64,000 nucleotides of DNA from Candidatus Eiseniibacteriota bacterium (GTDB taxonomy: Bacteria > Eisenbacteria > RBG-16-71-46 > CAIMUX01), in assembly GCA_963833505.1 (NCBI GenBank), contig CAWHYG010000007.1, positions 1,641 to 65,640 of the forward strand, given 5' to 3'. Shown piece after piece: positions 17,977 to 28,268 of the stretch. The position numbers and the translations under genes were made by a program. The stretch's first letter is position 1, and the number at the start of each line of letters is the position of its first letter. A model generated the notes under the pieces. That model saw only the letters and a program-made list of their open reading frames with translations. It made no database searches and was not told the origin of the DNA.

Positions 17977-19857
17977 ATGTCGTTCCTGCCCGCACTTCCC
18001 GGCGATCTCGCCGCCCGCGGCCTTGAGCCTGGCGACCTCGACGCCGTCATCGTCACCGGAGACGCCTATGTCGACCATGCGTCCTTCGGCGCCGCGCTCA
18101 TCGGCAGAGTCCTCGAGGCCGCGGGCTACAAGGTCGGGATCATCGCCCGCCCCGACCCCGACGACTCCGCGGCCTTCCGCCTGCTCGGCCGGCCGCGCCT
18201 TGCATTCCTGGTCACGGCCGGAGCCATCGACTCCATGGTCTCGTCCTACACGGCGAACAAGAAGCCCCGCGCCGAGGACGACTATGCCCCCGGGGGCCGG
18301 CCCGGGCTCTGCCTCCGCGGCGACGGTTCCATCGGTCCTGGCCGGCTCCATCGCGTGTGCGCACGCCCGGACCGGGCCCTGATCGCGTATGCGACGAAGT
18401 GTCGAGAAGCCTACAAGGGCGTCGCCATCATCGTGGGGGGGATCGAGGCTTCGCTCCGTCGCCTCTCGCATTACGACTACTGGTCGGATTCGCCGCGGCG
18501 CTCGGTCCTCCTCGACTCCAAAGCGGATCTTCTCGTCTACGGCATGGGGGAGACGGCCATCCTGGAGATCATGCGCCGCCTCTCCGCGGGGGAGGAGGCC
18601 TCCTCGATTCGCGGGGTCCGAGGCACCGTCTGGTGGAGTTCCTCCAAGCCCAGGTGGACCGACCGCTCCTCGATCGACCTACCCGCCTACGAGAAGATCG
18701 CGGCAGGCAATTCCGACCAGTCAGGCGATGGCGCCGCAGGCAAAGCGGCCTTTGCCGACTCATTTCGTCTTCAGTACCGGAACACGGACCCGCATTCGGC
18801 GAATCTCCTCGTCCAGGAGACTTCCGGGCGTTGGGTCGTCCAGGAGCCGCCCGCGTTTCCTCTCCGCGCGGACGAGCTCGATCGGGTCTACGAGCTTCCC
18901 TATGAGCGGGACTGGCATCCCATGTACGCGCCTTACGGGGGCGTTCCCGCCCTCGCCGAGGTGAAATTCTCCCTGGTATCGAGCCGGGGTTGCTTCGGCG
19001 CCTGCTCCTTCTGCTCCCTGACCTTTCACCAGGGACGAGAAGTCTCCGCCCGAAGCCATGCGTCCATCCTCCGCGAGGCCCGGAGCCTTACCCGCCATCC
19101 TGATTTCAAAGGCTTCATCCACGACGTCGGCGGCCCCACCGCCAACTTCCGCCGAAACGCCTGCGAAAAGATGGCGCGCACCGGCGCGTGCGTCGACCGC
19201 CGTTGTCTCGCGCCCACGCCATGCCCGGCCCTCGAACCGGACCACCGCGACTATCTCGGCCTTCTTCGTCAACTCCGGCGCCTGGCCGGCGTCAAGAAGG
19301 TGTTCGTGCGGTCGGGGCTTCGCTTCGACTACCTCATGATTGACGGGGACCAGGAGTTCCTCCGGGAGCTTGTCCAGCACCATGTGTCCGGTCAGCTCAA
19401 GGTGGCCCCCGAGCATGTCTCCCGGAAAGTGCTGGAGCTGATGGGCAAGCCGCCCCGCGAGATCTACGATGCCTTTGCGCAGCGCTATGCGAGCCTGAAT
19501 CTCCAGCTCGGACTTCGCCAGTACCTCGTTCCGTACTTCATCTCGGCCCACCCCGGGGCGGGGATCATCGATGCGATCGAACTCGCAGAACACCTCCGTG
19601 ATACCGGTTTCACACCCGACCACGTCCAGGACTTCTACCCCACACCGGGGATACTCTCGACCGCGATGTACTGGACCGGTCTTGACCCGATCACGGGGAA
19701 AAGGATCCACGTGGCGCGGGGAGCCCGGGAGCGCGCCATGCAACGGGCTCTCCTCCAGTACCGCAAGCCGGAAAACCACGATCTCGTCCGCGAAGCCCTT
19801 CTCCGGGCGGGTCGCCGGGATCTGATCGGGTCGGGGAAGAAGTGCTTGATCCCATGA
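17977..19857 (+). CDS. YgiQ-family (UPF0313) radical SAM protein
   Basis: 626 aa, diverging from lanA. Radical SAM cysteine cluster ...SSRGCFGACSFCSL.... Length and architecture are typical of YgiQ. Confidence 0.8.
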   Translation: MSFLPALPGDLAARGLEPGDLDAVIVTGDAYVDHASFGAALIGRVLEAAGYKVGIIARPDPDDSAAFRLLGRPRLAFLVTAGAIDSMVSSYTANKKPRAEDDYAPGGRPGLCLRGDGSIGPGRLHRVCARPDRALIAYATKCREAYKGVAIIVGGIEASLRRLSHYDYWSDSPRRSVLLDSKADLLVYGMGETAILEIMRRLSAGEEASSIRGVRGTVWWSSSKPRWTDRSSIDLPAYEKIAAGNSDQSGDGAAGKAAFADSFRLQYRNTDPHSANLLVQETSGRWVVQEPPAFPLRADELDRVYELPYERDWHPMYAPYGGVPALAEVKFSLVSSRGCFGACSFCSLTFHQGREVSARSHASILREARSLTRHPDFKGFIHDVGGPTANFRRNACEKMARTGACVDRRCLAPTPCPALEPDHRDYLGLLRQLRRLAGVKKVFVRSGLRFDYLMIDGDQEFLRELVQHHVSGQLKVAPEHVSRKVLELMGKPPREIYDAFAQRYASLNLQLGLRQYLVPYFISAHPGAGIIDAIELAEHLRDTGFTPDHVQDFYPTPGILSTAMYWTGLDPITGKRIHVARGARERAMQRALLQYRKPENHDLVREALLRAGRRDLIGSGKKCLIP

Positions 19858-19893
19858 GGCCGGTTCGAGGATCAGGGCGACGGAAGGAGAGTC

Positions 19894-21048
19894 ATGGAGC
19901 GATTCTACGCGACCCATGGCGTGGGCGTTGAGCAGATCGTAAAGAGCGAGCTGGCCGGCCTCGGCATCACGGCGAGCAGGGTCGAGCCGGGGCGGGTGCG
20001 TTTCGACGGAACGCTCGATGACTTATACAGAGCGCTCATTCAGCTCCGAACCCCGTCCAAGGTCGTTCGAGAACTGTCCTTCTGCCAGGTTGAAGTCGAA
20101 GAGGACATCTACCACGTGGTCCGGGCCATCGACTGGTCGCGCTGGCTCACTCCGGAAATGACGTTTCGGGTGACCTTCAACGTGCACTCGTCACTCCTGC
20201 ACAGCCCGCGATTCGGCCTCTTCCGGATCAAGGATGCCATCTGCGACGCGATGATGGATCGCCGGGGACGGCGGCCCAACGTGGACACGGAATCGGCCGA
20301 CCTGGACGTTACCTGCTACCTCGAAAACCGACGATTCTCGGTGGGCCTGGACGGGGCCGGCGCGCCGTTACACATGCGGGGCTACCGCAAGGCCGGCCAC
20401 GAGAGCAGCCTCCGGGAGCACCTGGCGGCGGCCATGGTGCTGCAATCGCGTTGGACTCCCGCCTCGCCGCTCCACGATCCCTTTTGCGGTTCCGCCACGA
20501 TTCTCACGGAAGCGGCCATGATTGCGACCAATACGCCTCCGTCGCATTGGCGAAAGCGATTCGGGTGCATGGCCTGGTCGGATTTCGACCGGGCCAGGTT
20601 CGAGGCGCTGCGGGCCGAGGCCGAGTCGGCCGTGGTGGTCCCGGACGGCCTCCGCATCAGCGGTGCGGACTGCTCGGCGCGGTCGATCGAGGCCGCTCGG
20701 GCCAACGTGGCCGCCGCCGGGTTCGCCGACATGGTCGGGCTCAAGGTGCGTGATGTCGCGGAGATGATCCTGGATCCTGGGGCGTGGGTGGTCACCAACC
20801 CCCCTTACGGCATACGGGTTGGGGACGAGGAGACGTCCGCGCCTTCATGGCGTGCCTTTCGGGATCGCCTGCGAGACTATCCCGGGACGCAGATCGCGGT
20901 CTTGGCCGCCGAGGAGGGGTTCGAGCGGGTGTTCGGGCTCAGACCTTTCAAGCGCAATCGCATGAGCAACGGATCGATTCGTTGTGTGTTGTGCCAGTAT
21001 CAGATCCATGAGCATGAAGCCGGCCCGCTCCCGGAGAGAGCCCTGTGA
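19894..21048 (+). CDS. THUMP-domain class I SAM-dependent RNA methyltransferase (RlmL/COG0116-like)
   Basis: An N-terminal THUMP-like region is followed by the NPPYG catalytic motif (…VVTNPPYGIRVG…). Confidence 0.75.
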   Translation: MERFYATHGVGVEQIVKSELAGLGITASRVEPGRVRFDGTLDDLYRALIQLRTPSKVVRELSFCQVEVEEDIYHVVRAIDWSRWLTPEMTFRVTFNVHSSLLHSPRFGLFRIKDAICDAMMDRRGRRPNVDTESADLDVTCYLENRRFSVGLDGAGAPLHMRGYRKAGHESSLREHLAAAMVLQSRWTPASPLHDPFCGSATILTEAAMIATNTPPSHWRKRFGCMAWSDFDRARFEALRAEAESAVVVPDGLRISGADCSARSIEAARANVAAAGFADMVGLKVRDVAEMILDPGAWVVTNPPYGIRVGDEETSAPSWRAFRDRLRDYPGTQIAVLAAEEGFERVFGLRPFKRNRMSNGSIRCVLCQYQIHEHEAGPLPERAL

Positions 21049-21292
21049 TCCGGCGGAGGGCCGCGTTCTCCAGAGCCAAACCGGGTCACGAACGTCGCCC
21101 GGAGGAGGGCGATGAGACTGGATATCAGTGTTCGCCTGGGGGCCGTCCAGCGTACCATGAAACGAGGCAAGTCCGGGTGGGAAGGAGGTGGGGGATGATC
21201 GAGGAGCACGGGATGATCTTCTCGGAGAGCGCACCTCAATCCGGGCCAAAAAGCGCTTTTCATTGTCACCCGATGACGGTTAACTGCTGATC

Positions 21293-22405
21293 ATGTCTGC
21301 AAGGCTCACTTCCGATCTTCGGCTGATGGGAATGCCCGGCACGACCACGATTGTCGGCACCGGAGAGGTGGTACCGCCTCCCGCCGAGATGGTCGGCAAC
21401 GACGAAGTCCTGGACGTGCTGCGGGCCGCGGGCTTCGACATCGGCGACAAGACGGGGGAGAAGACGGAGCGGCTCGTCGGCATTGCCACCCGGTGGCTGA
21501 CACCTCCTGCTGTCTCCAGCTTCGAGTTGGCCCGCGATGCTGCCAAACGGGCGGTGGAAGCAGCCCGCGAAAACGATCCCGAGTTTTCGCTCGCCGGAGT
21601 GCGACTGGTGCACAGCGGAGGATCGACGCCGGACATGCTCTATCCCGCCATCGCCTGCCGCGTCCAGTACGCACTCGATGTACCGGTCGGCAGGTGTGAG
21701 GCGCGCGACATCTCCCTCGCCTGCACCAGCGCCCTCGACGGTCTGGCCCTCGCCGACTCGCGTCTTCGGCACGTCTCCGCCATGGAGCGGGCCCGGGGCC
21801 TCGAGCCGCGGCCGGTTTACGGAATCGTGGCCCTCGGTGAGACCGTCGGCACCCAGGCGAACCTTCCCACCTCCCTCGATTACACCCTGTGGGGATGCGG
21901 AGCCGGCGCCCTCGTCATCAAGTTCGATCCACTGGACGCGCGGCCGGTCGGAATCCTGGGGACGCGAACCCTCTCCGATGGCGAGCGCGCCGACTGGACC
22001 GAGAGCATCGGCATCGGGGCCCGACCGGACTACCGGACCTGCCGGCCCATCGCTTCCATGGGCACCCACGGAAAGGACATCCATCGGTATGGGCTGCGGG
22101 AGGTGACTCGGGCTTTGGGGGTGTTTGCGGAGGAGGAAGGGATCGACGCCTCGGCCGGTAGAAGCGCGTTCCTCTCCCACAATTCGAATCTGTCGATGCA
22201 GATGGGGATCGGCAAGGTCCTGGGATTCCGTCCCGAGCGGATCTTTACGCGCATCCGCGAGCGAGGGAATACGTCCTCCGCATCGGTCCTGATCACTCTC
22301 GACTACTTCACGCGGCAGGGATGTTTCGAATCGGGCGACCGGCTCCTGCTCGCCGCCTTCGGCGGCGGCATGTCCATGGCCTTCGTCGACTACCTCTGGC
22401 CTTGA
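21293..22405 (+). CDS. 3-oxoacyl-ACP synthase III (FabH-like ketosynthase)
   Basis: ...TIVGTGEVVPP... N-terminus, active-site region ...DISLACTSALDGL..., and a C-terminal ...GNTSSASVLITLD... typical of the KAS III / chalcone-synthase-like fold. The true start may be an internal Met (…MGMPGTTTIVGTG). Confidence 0.75.
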   Translation: MSARLTSDLRLMGMPGTTTIVGTGEVVPPPAEMVGNDEVLDVLRAAGFDIGDKTGEKTERLVGIATRWLTPPAVSSFELARDAAKRAVEAARENDPEFSLAGVRLVHSGGSTPDMLYPAIACRVQYALDVPVGRCEARDISLACTSALDGLALADSRLRHVSAMERARGLEPRPVYGIVALGETVGTQANLPTSLDYTLWGCGAGALVIKFDPLDARPVGILGTRTLSDGERADWTESIGIGARPDYRTCRPIASMGTHGKDIHRYGLREVTRALGVFAEEEGIDASAGRSAFLSHNSNLSMQMGIGKVLGFRPERIFTRIRERGNTSSASVLITLDYFTRQGCFESGDRLLLAAFGGGMSMAFVDYLWP

Positions 22406-22415
22406 ATTCCCTGCC

Positions 22416-23090
22416 ATGCGCGTGCTCCTCTCCTGGTCCAGCGGCAAGGATAGCGCGTGGACGCTGCGCGTCTTGCGTCATCGCCGCGACACCGAGGTCG
22501 TCGGACTGCTTACGACCATCAACCGCGACATGAAGCGCGTCGCGATGCACGCCGTCCGCGAGGACCTGCTCCGAGCGCAGGCCGAAGCGGCCGGCCTCCC
22601 GCTCTGGGAGGTCCCGATTCCGCATGGCTGCTCCAACGAGGAGTACGAGCGCACGATGGGGGAGGCGATGGCCCGAGCACGGCGGGAGAAGATCGATGCC
22701 GTGGCTTTCGGCGACCTCTTCCTCGATGACATCCGCCGGTACCGCGAGGAGAAACTGAAGGACACGGGCATCGAGCCGCTCTTCCCGGTCTGGGGGCGTC
22801 CGACCCACGATCTGGCCCGTGAGATGATTGCGGGCGGATTGAAGGCTCGCCTCACCTGCGTCGATCCCAAGCAGCTCGACGGATCGTTCGCCGGGCGCGA
22901 GTTCGACCACGCCCTGCTTCGCGACCTGCCGGCGACCGTGGATCCGTGTGGTGAGCGTGGAGAGTTCCACACCTTCGCGTACGCCGGGCCGATGTTTCGC
23001 TGGCCGATCGGGGTGGTCGGAGGCGAGGTCGTCACGCGCGACGGATTCGTGTTTGCCGATCTCACCAATGTTGGCCGGACGGATCGCTGA
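22416..23090 (+). CDS. Adenine-nucleotide alpha-hydrolase (Dph6/MJ0570-type ATP pyrophosphatase domain) protein
   Basis: PP-loop SGGKDS motif at the N-terminus (MRVLLSWSSGKDSAW). Confidence 0.65.
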   Translation: MRVLLSWSSGKDSAWTLRVLRHRRDTEVVGLLTTINRDMKRVAMHAVREDLLRAQAEAAGLPLWEVPIPHGCSNEEYERTMGEAMARARREKIDAVAFGDLFLDDIRRYREEKLKDTGIEPLFPVWGRPTHDLAREMIAGGLKARLTCVDPKQLDGSFAGREFDHALLRDLPATVDPCGERGEFHTFAYAGPMFRWPIGVVGGEVVTRDGFVFADLTNVGRTDR

Positions 23091-23170
23091 TGAGGCCGGC
23101 GCCGCTCGTGGCCCCCGGAGCTAGGGTCGGAGCTGATCCCTCGGCAGCTCCGACCCTTCCACGAGTCAGA

Positions 23171-24043
23171 TCATTCATACAGATGCTTGATCGCGCCCCA
23201 GGTGCTCCGGTGAACCGGCACTTCGAGACAAGGACTCGGAGTGCAGTTCGTGTTCGGGCCTTGCCAGACGCCCGGAGGAAGGCAATCGCCCTCGGTCTCG
23301 AGCGTGCAGTTGCCGGACGGTTGGCAGCAGGCACCGATGGGCGCGCCGATGTCAACCGTGATCTCATCGAACCACGCAACGGGGCTGTCGCCATGGCCCG
23401 TGGTCGCCTCAAACGCGGTTGGGCTTCCCTCGTCCTGGATCGGTAGCCCGGTGCCCTTGAGTTGTCCATTGATGTATACCTCAAAAGATCGTGATGCGAG
23501 GTCGGCAACGACGCGAACGCGATACCACTGTCGAGGCGCATAGGACATGAGCGGCACCAGCTGAAGAGGGTACGTGCGGGTGCACGCGTCGATCTCCCCG
23601 TTGCTGTCAAAATAGACGAGGCCGTAGTATGTGCCCCATTCATCCAGCCCCGGATTGCTCAGGGCGACATGGGCAATGGCTGGGGTACATCCGCCGCTGA
23701 CGATCGCATCGACGAAAACCGCCGCTTCGAATTCGACCACGGATGAGTCGGGGATGACGAGGGGCCGGTAGGCTTCGGCCGCCCAGCAGGATGAACCGGC
23801 CAGATGGAGACTCTGGGCTCCGGACGCGGCATGGGTATTGTCGACGTATTGGTACTGGGTTCCTGACCCCTCATAGGCCAGAACCCAGCCACCATTGGTG
23901 GGGAACGAGCCCAGAGGATAGCTTTCGAAGCCCTCGCTCCACTGAGATGAAACCAGAGCTCCCCAGCAGAATGAAGAGAAGAGCAGGGTCAGAACGAGAG
24001 AGGCCGTGGCGTTCCCCAGCAAGGTCCGTATTCCGTGGGTCAT
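23171..24043 (-). CDS. Secreted hypothetical protein with Cys-rich C-terminal region ending in RSTWGAIKHLYE
   Basis: N-terminal signal peptide (…LVLTLLFSSFCWGA). Cys-rich tail ...CCQPSGNCTLETEGDCLPPGVWQGPNTNCTPSPC. The extreme C-terminus is ...VHRSTWGAIKHLYE*. Confidence 0.55.
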   Translation of the reverse strand: MTHGIRTLLGNATASLVLTLLFSSFCWGALVSSQWSEGFESYPLGSFPTNGGWVLAYEGSGTQYQYVDNTHAASGAQSLHLAGSSCWAAEAYRPLVIPDSSVVEFEAAVFVDAIVSGGCTPAIAHVALSNPGLDEWGTYYGLVYFDSNGEIDACTRTYPLQLVPLMSYAPRQWYRVRVVADLASRSFEVYINGQLKGTGLPIQDEGSPTAFEATTGHGDSPVAWFDEITVDIGAPIGACCQPSGNCTLETEGDCLPPGVWQGPNTNCTPSPCLEVPVHRSTWGAIKHLYE

Positions 24044-24394
24044 GGGACAGCTCCTTTCCTGACTTCCTCCGCACGGCCGGGTGCGGAGCGCAACAGACTT
24101 GATCGTCCCGACGGAGGCCCTGTCCGTCGTCGTCTGCCAGTACGGAGAATCGATGCGAATACCGCTCGCGGACTGGACATTTCGAGGTGGGCGATGCTCC
24201 TGGAGCGCTTCACCTGCGGGAACGAGCTGCCGGCGGCGTATAGTAGTCGGAGGACTCGCGGACTCCGGCGGCGCGGGCCGCGGTATCTTGGAGTTCGGCT
24301 ACGACAGCCGGATGCACCGGGGGGCGTCACCGGGCGGCCCGCCGTGCCTCTGTCCGAAACGGCGCCGGCCAGGAAGGAGCGGCCCTTGGCAAAG

Positions 24395-25126
24395 ATGGAA
24401 TCTCCTTCCCCGCGGCCGACCCGGACCTGCTGGGAGAGGAACTTTCCGGCCACCTCCTGGCCGTTGCTGCAGGACATCCGGCTCGGCGGGAAGCAAGGAC
24501 AGGAAGCGCTGGAAGAATTCTCCCAACGCTACTACGCGCCCGCGTTTGCCTATGTCGCCGCCATCGTGGGAGACCGCACCAAAGCCGAGGATATCGTCCA
24601 GAGTTTCTTCCATGTGGCCGTGCTTTGCCGTGGGCTTCTGGCCAGAGCGGACGCCAGCAGAGGCGGCTTCCGTCCCTACTTCAAGATGGCGCTCAGAAAC
24701 TACGTCAAGGACTTCTGGCGGGGTGAGCGGCGTCAACCGGACGCGGGTGTCCGGCCAGAAGCGGCGCCCGGAGGGTGGGATCGGATCAGCCTCCCTTCGT
24801 TTTCGGTGCCCGACCGGGAGTTTCAGATCGCCTGGGCCCGCACCCTCCTCGAGGAGGCGTTCGTCAGATTGCGATCAATCTGCGAAAGCAGGGGCCAGCG
24901 CGAGCATCTCGATCTCTTCCAAGCGCGTTATGTCTGCGCCTCTGCGGAACCTCCGTCGTGGGACGAGTTGGGACGGACCTACGCGATCGATGGAAAGACC
25001 GCCCGTCACCGGGCGGAAACGGTGGCGCGCCATCTCCGGGCCGTGCTCCGCGAACTGATCGATGAGCAGGTCGGTTCCGGCGCCGCGGTCGACGAAGAGC
25101 TGACGATGCTTCAGGCGTACTTGTGA
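24395..25126 (+). CDS. ECF-family sigma-70 factor
   Basis: Region 2-like ...EALEEFSQRYYAPAFAYVAAIVGDRTKAEDIVQSFFHV... and a region 4-like C-terminus. The listed ORF starts at 24035, but the Met at 24395 gives a typical ECF length (243 aa). Confidence 0.65.
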   Translation: MESPSPRPTRTCWERNFPATSWPLLQDIRLGGKQGQEALEEFSQRYYAPAFAYVAAIVGDRTKAEDIVQSFFHVAVLCRGLLARADASRGGFRPYFKMALRNYVKDFWRGERRQPDAGVRPEAAPGGWDRISLPSFSVPDREFQIAWARTLLEEAFVRLRSICESRGQREHLDLFQARYVCASAEPPSWDELGRTYAIDGKTARHRAETVARHLRAVLRELIDEQVGSGAAVDEELTMLQAYL

Positions 25127-25136
25127 GGTCACGGCC

Positions 25137-25613
25137 ATGGACGAATTCGGACGAACCGCCATCGGAAACTGCTCCTCGACCCAACTCAAGACGCTGCTGG
25201 ATCTGGCCCGCGCCCCCGGCGGTATTGAGGGCTCGGTGCTGAGCCAGGCGATGAATCTCCCGGCGCTCCCAGGTCTCCTGGACGGACTTACCGGGGATAT
25301 GGCCCGATCGGGTTCGTCTCTTCTCGGTGCGGTCTGCGCGCCCGAGTCCTCGGCGGCCTCGCTCTGCGGGATCAAGGACGCCGCGAAGGCTCTCCTGTTG
25401 AAAGCGCAGCGGAACGATGAGCGAGCGGCCGCGACGTTTCTCTATCACGCCGCGATCGCTGCCGCGTTCGGGAGGCACGGCGTGAACATCTCCAGCTTCC
25501 CCATTGACGCCCGATGGACCCTTTACGAGGATCTGGCCACGGTCATGAAAGGAAGCGCGTTCGGCCTGATCTTCCGGGAGGCGGCAGATCGGATCGAGGC
25601 CACGCCTGCGTAG
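25137..25613 (+). CDS. Hypothetical protein downstream of the ECF sigma factor gene at 24395..25126 (possible cognate regulator)
   Basis: 158-aa ORF 10 nt after the sigma factor gene stop. No recognisable domain. Confidence 0.35.
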   Translation: MDEFGRTAIGNCSSTQLKTLLDLARAPGGIEGSVLSQAMNLPALPGLLDGLTGDMARSGSSLLGAVCAPESSAASLCGIKDAAKALLLKAQRNDERAAATFLYHAAIAAAFGRHGVNISSFPIDARWTLYEDLATVMKGSAFGLIFREAADRIEATPA

Positions 25614-25808
25614 TGCGCTCTTCCAGGACGGCTTGATCACCTTCTAGCCGCGGTCCTGTACCGCTCCCACCGAAGATCCCTTGGACCGCGTCCTCGTTCG
25701 CGTTATGATCGTCAGGTCTACTGAGACGGTCGCGCAGGTATCGGCCTGGTAGCGCCGGCCGAAGCCCACGCGGGAACGCAATGCGGCAGTGACCGATGAG
25801 GCAACGGA

Positions 25809-28268
25809 ATGATGAATGACGCCGGCGCCGCGCCGCTCGTGCCCATCGAACCCAACCCGTTCATCGTCGGCAACCCGGTGCGCGACCCGGCCATGTTCTT
25901 CGGGCGCGAGGCCGAGTTCGAACTGATCCGCGGCCGCTTCCAGCAATCCGAGCACGGCGGACTGATCGTGCTCTGCGGCGAGCGGCGCAGCGGCAAGACC
26001 TCGATTCTCTTTCAGGCGGTCTCCGGCCGGCTCGGCCCGGACTTCATTCCGGTGCTCATCGACATGCAGTCGATGGTGATCGCCAATGAAACCGGTTTCC
26101 TGCAGAGGGTGATGGAGGAGATCCTGCTTGCGCTCGGTTCCCGCCGGGCGCAACTCCCTCTTCCGGCTCTCTCCACATCCGTCATGCCCGCGAAAGCCCT
26201 CTATGACTTCGTCGGCGCACTGACCGCGAGCTTCCCTGCATGCAAACTCATCCTCCTCTTTGACGAATACGAGCTCTTTGAAAGCAAGATCGACGCGGGC
26301 ATCCTCACCGAGGACGTCCTCAACGTGCTCGCTGGAATCATGGAGCGATACGGCGTCTTCCTCATCTTCACCGGGTCGCAGGACATTGAGGAACGACGGC
26401 GCCGTTATTGGAGGATCCTACCCAAATCGATCTATCGCAGGATCAGCTATCTGCAACGGACCGACGCCGTCAACCTGATTCAGCAGCCTGTGGCGGGGAG
26501 GGTGGCTTACGATCCGGACGCCATCGAAGCCATCTGCCGGCTGACGGCCGGACAGCCCTTCTACACCCAGTTGATCTGTCAGAATCTGATCGACCATCTG
26601 AACGAGAGGCGAACCAACCGGGCCACTCGGTCTGTCGTCTCCGCCGTGGTCGAGGCGGTGGTGGAAAATCCGCCCCCCCAGATGATCTCGTTGTTTGACA
26701 GCCTCCCGGCGGACGAGAAGCTCGCGCTCGCTCACCTGGCCGAGCGTCTGTCCGGGCCCGACGATCAGCAACCCGCGGTGGCCCTGGCGCGACAGGCCCG
26801 CGGTTCGAAGTACTCCACCAACCTGACTTCGCAGCGGATCGGATCGGCGCTCGAGAGCCTCTTTGGCCGGGAGCTTCTGGACAAGGGGCCGGGGCCGGAT
26901 CCCGGCTACGCCTTCCGCATGGATCTCTGGCGGCTCTGGATCGCCCGGCGCCACTCGGTCTGGCAGGTCGTGCGCGAGATCTCCTCGGGCCGGGACCCGA
27001 ACCTGCGCTCCCCGCATCTGTCCAAGCTCGGAAGAATCGCGGCGGTTCTTCTTGGGGGCGCCGCCCTCCTGGTTCTCGGGTTGCTCAGCTTCCAAAACCG
27101 GCGGGGCATCGCGCCGGCGTTCTCCTCGAGGTCAATGTCTGCGAAGCAGTCTTCCTCAGATACGGGACGGACGGCGCACGTCGCGGCGACCAGGACGCCT
27201 CTGGTCTATGGCCATTGGGTGCGATGGGCTCAAGCCGATTCGGCTTACCCTGCCCGTAGCGGGCAGGGGGTCGTCTACGACCCAGGCGGCCACCGGATGA
27301 TTGCGTTCGGTGGCGGTTTTCAGCGGCGGAAATGGAACGACGATGTGTGGCAGCTCGCGTTGTCCCAACACGGGGTTTGGACGAGGGTTCATCCGCTGGG
27401 AACTCCGCCGACCGCCACCGAGTGCATCTGGCCGGTACAGGATTCCGCCCGGAATCGATTGCTGACCTTTGGCGGGGCGGATCGTTCCGGCGTCCGTCAC
27501 AACGAGACGTGGGCCCTTCTGCTCGACGGACCTCCTCGCTGGGAGCTGCTGAGCCCGGCTGGGCCCTATCCACCCCCGCGCGCGAGCCACGTGGCGGTGC
27601 TCGACCCGCGGCGGTATCGTATGATCGTCTTCGGCGGGTTCGATTGGGCCGCGGACAAGGATGTTATGAACGACGTCTGGTCCTTGTCGTTGGCTGGCGG
27701 TCCCCGGTGGATCCAACTCTCGCCCGCCGGCGATCCGCCCTGGCCGCGCTCCGACTTCGCCGGTGATTACGATCCGGTTCGCGATCAGATCATCTACTTC
27801 GGAGGCAACTACCGGCCGGATGGTTCCTTTCACTTGCAATACACCAACGAGGTCTGGGCGCTTTCCCTTCATGAACCCATCACCTGGACTCAGCTCCATC
27901 CTTCTGGACCGCCGCCGACCCCGCGCAAGGGTCACAACTTCGTCTTTGACGCCGGCAATGACCGGATGATCCTGTTCGGCGGCCAGGACTCGACCGGCTT
28001 CTGTAATGACGTCTGGCAGCTCACCCTCTCCGGAAGTCCGGCCTGGCGACAGCTTGATCCGCACGGGCCGCTTCCCGCCCCTCGTCAGAACGCGGGGATG
28101 ATCTACGATCCGCCGGACAAGGTGATGGTTCTCTCCGGGGGAGAGCTGGATGCCCAACGATTCCATGAAACCTGGGCGTTGACCCTGACCCCGGACCAAC
28201 CTGCGCCTGCCTCTGGCCAGGCGGACACGAGTCGAGCGGACTCCCGAGCGGAGAGAAGACGGCCATGA
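25809..28268 (+). CDS. AAA/STAND-like NTPase - transmembrane - Kelch-repeat beta-propeller protein
   Basis: N-terminus ...FFGREAEFELI...IVLCGERRSGKTSIL (Walker A). Mid-protein TM segment (…IAAVLLGGAALLVLGLL…). C-terminal repeated ...RMI(A/V)FGG...DVW(Q/S)L... Kelch-like blades. Confidence 0.75.
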   Translation: MMNDAGAAPLVPIEPNPFIVGNPVRDPAMFFGREAEFELIRGRFQQSEHGGLIVLCGERRSGKTSILFQAVSGRLGPDFIPVLIDMQSMVIANETGFLQRVMEEILLALGSRRAQLPLPALSTSVMPAKALYDFVGALTASFPACKLILLFDEYELFESKIDAGILTEDVLNVLAGIMERYGVFLIFTGSQDIEERRRRYWRILPKSIYRRISYLQRTDAVNLIQQPVAGRVAYDPDAIEAICRLTAGQPFYTQLICQNLIDHLNERRTNRATRSVVSAVVEAVVENPPPQMISLFDSLPADEKLALAHLAERLSGPDDQQPAVALARQARGSKYSTNLTSQRIGSALESLFGRELLDKGPGPDPGYAFRMDLWRLWIARRHSVWQVVREISSGRDPNLRSPHLSKLGRIAAVLLGGAALLVLGLLSFQNRRGIAPAFSSRSMSAKQSSSDTGRTAHVAATRTPLVYGHWVRWAQADSAYPARSGQGVVYDPGGHRMIAFGGGFQRRKWNDDVWQLALSQHGVWTRVHPLGTPPTATECIWPVQDSARNRLLTFGGADRSGVRHNETWALLLDGPPRWELLSPAGPYPPPRASHVAVLDPRRYRMIVFGGFDWAADKDVMNDVWSLSLAGGPRWIQLSPAGDPPWPRSDFAGDYDPVRDQIIYFGGNYRPDGSFHLQYTNEVWALSLHEPITWTQLHPSGPPPTPRKGHNFVFDAGNDRMILFGGQDSTGFCNDVWQLTLSGSPAWRQLDPHGPLPAPRQNAGMIYDPPDKVMVLSGGELDAQRFHETWALTLTPDQPAPASGQADTSRADSRAERRRP

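Noticed and set aside
17977-19857. YgiQ radical SAM gene as a tailoring enzyme of the lanthipeptide cluster
   Set aside because: YgiQ/UPF0313 is a widely conserved family of unknown, apparently housekeeping, function. It is divergently transcribed, separated from lanA by 450 bp, and followed by unrelated housekeeping-type genes, so I do not count it as part of the cluster.
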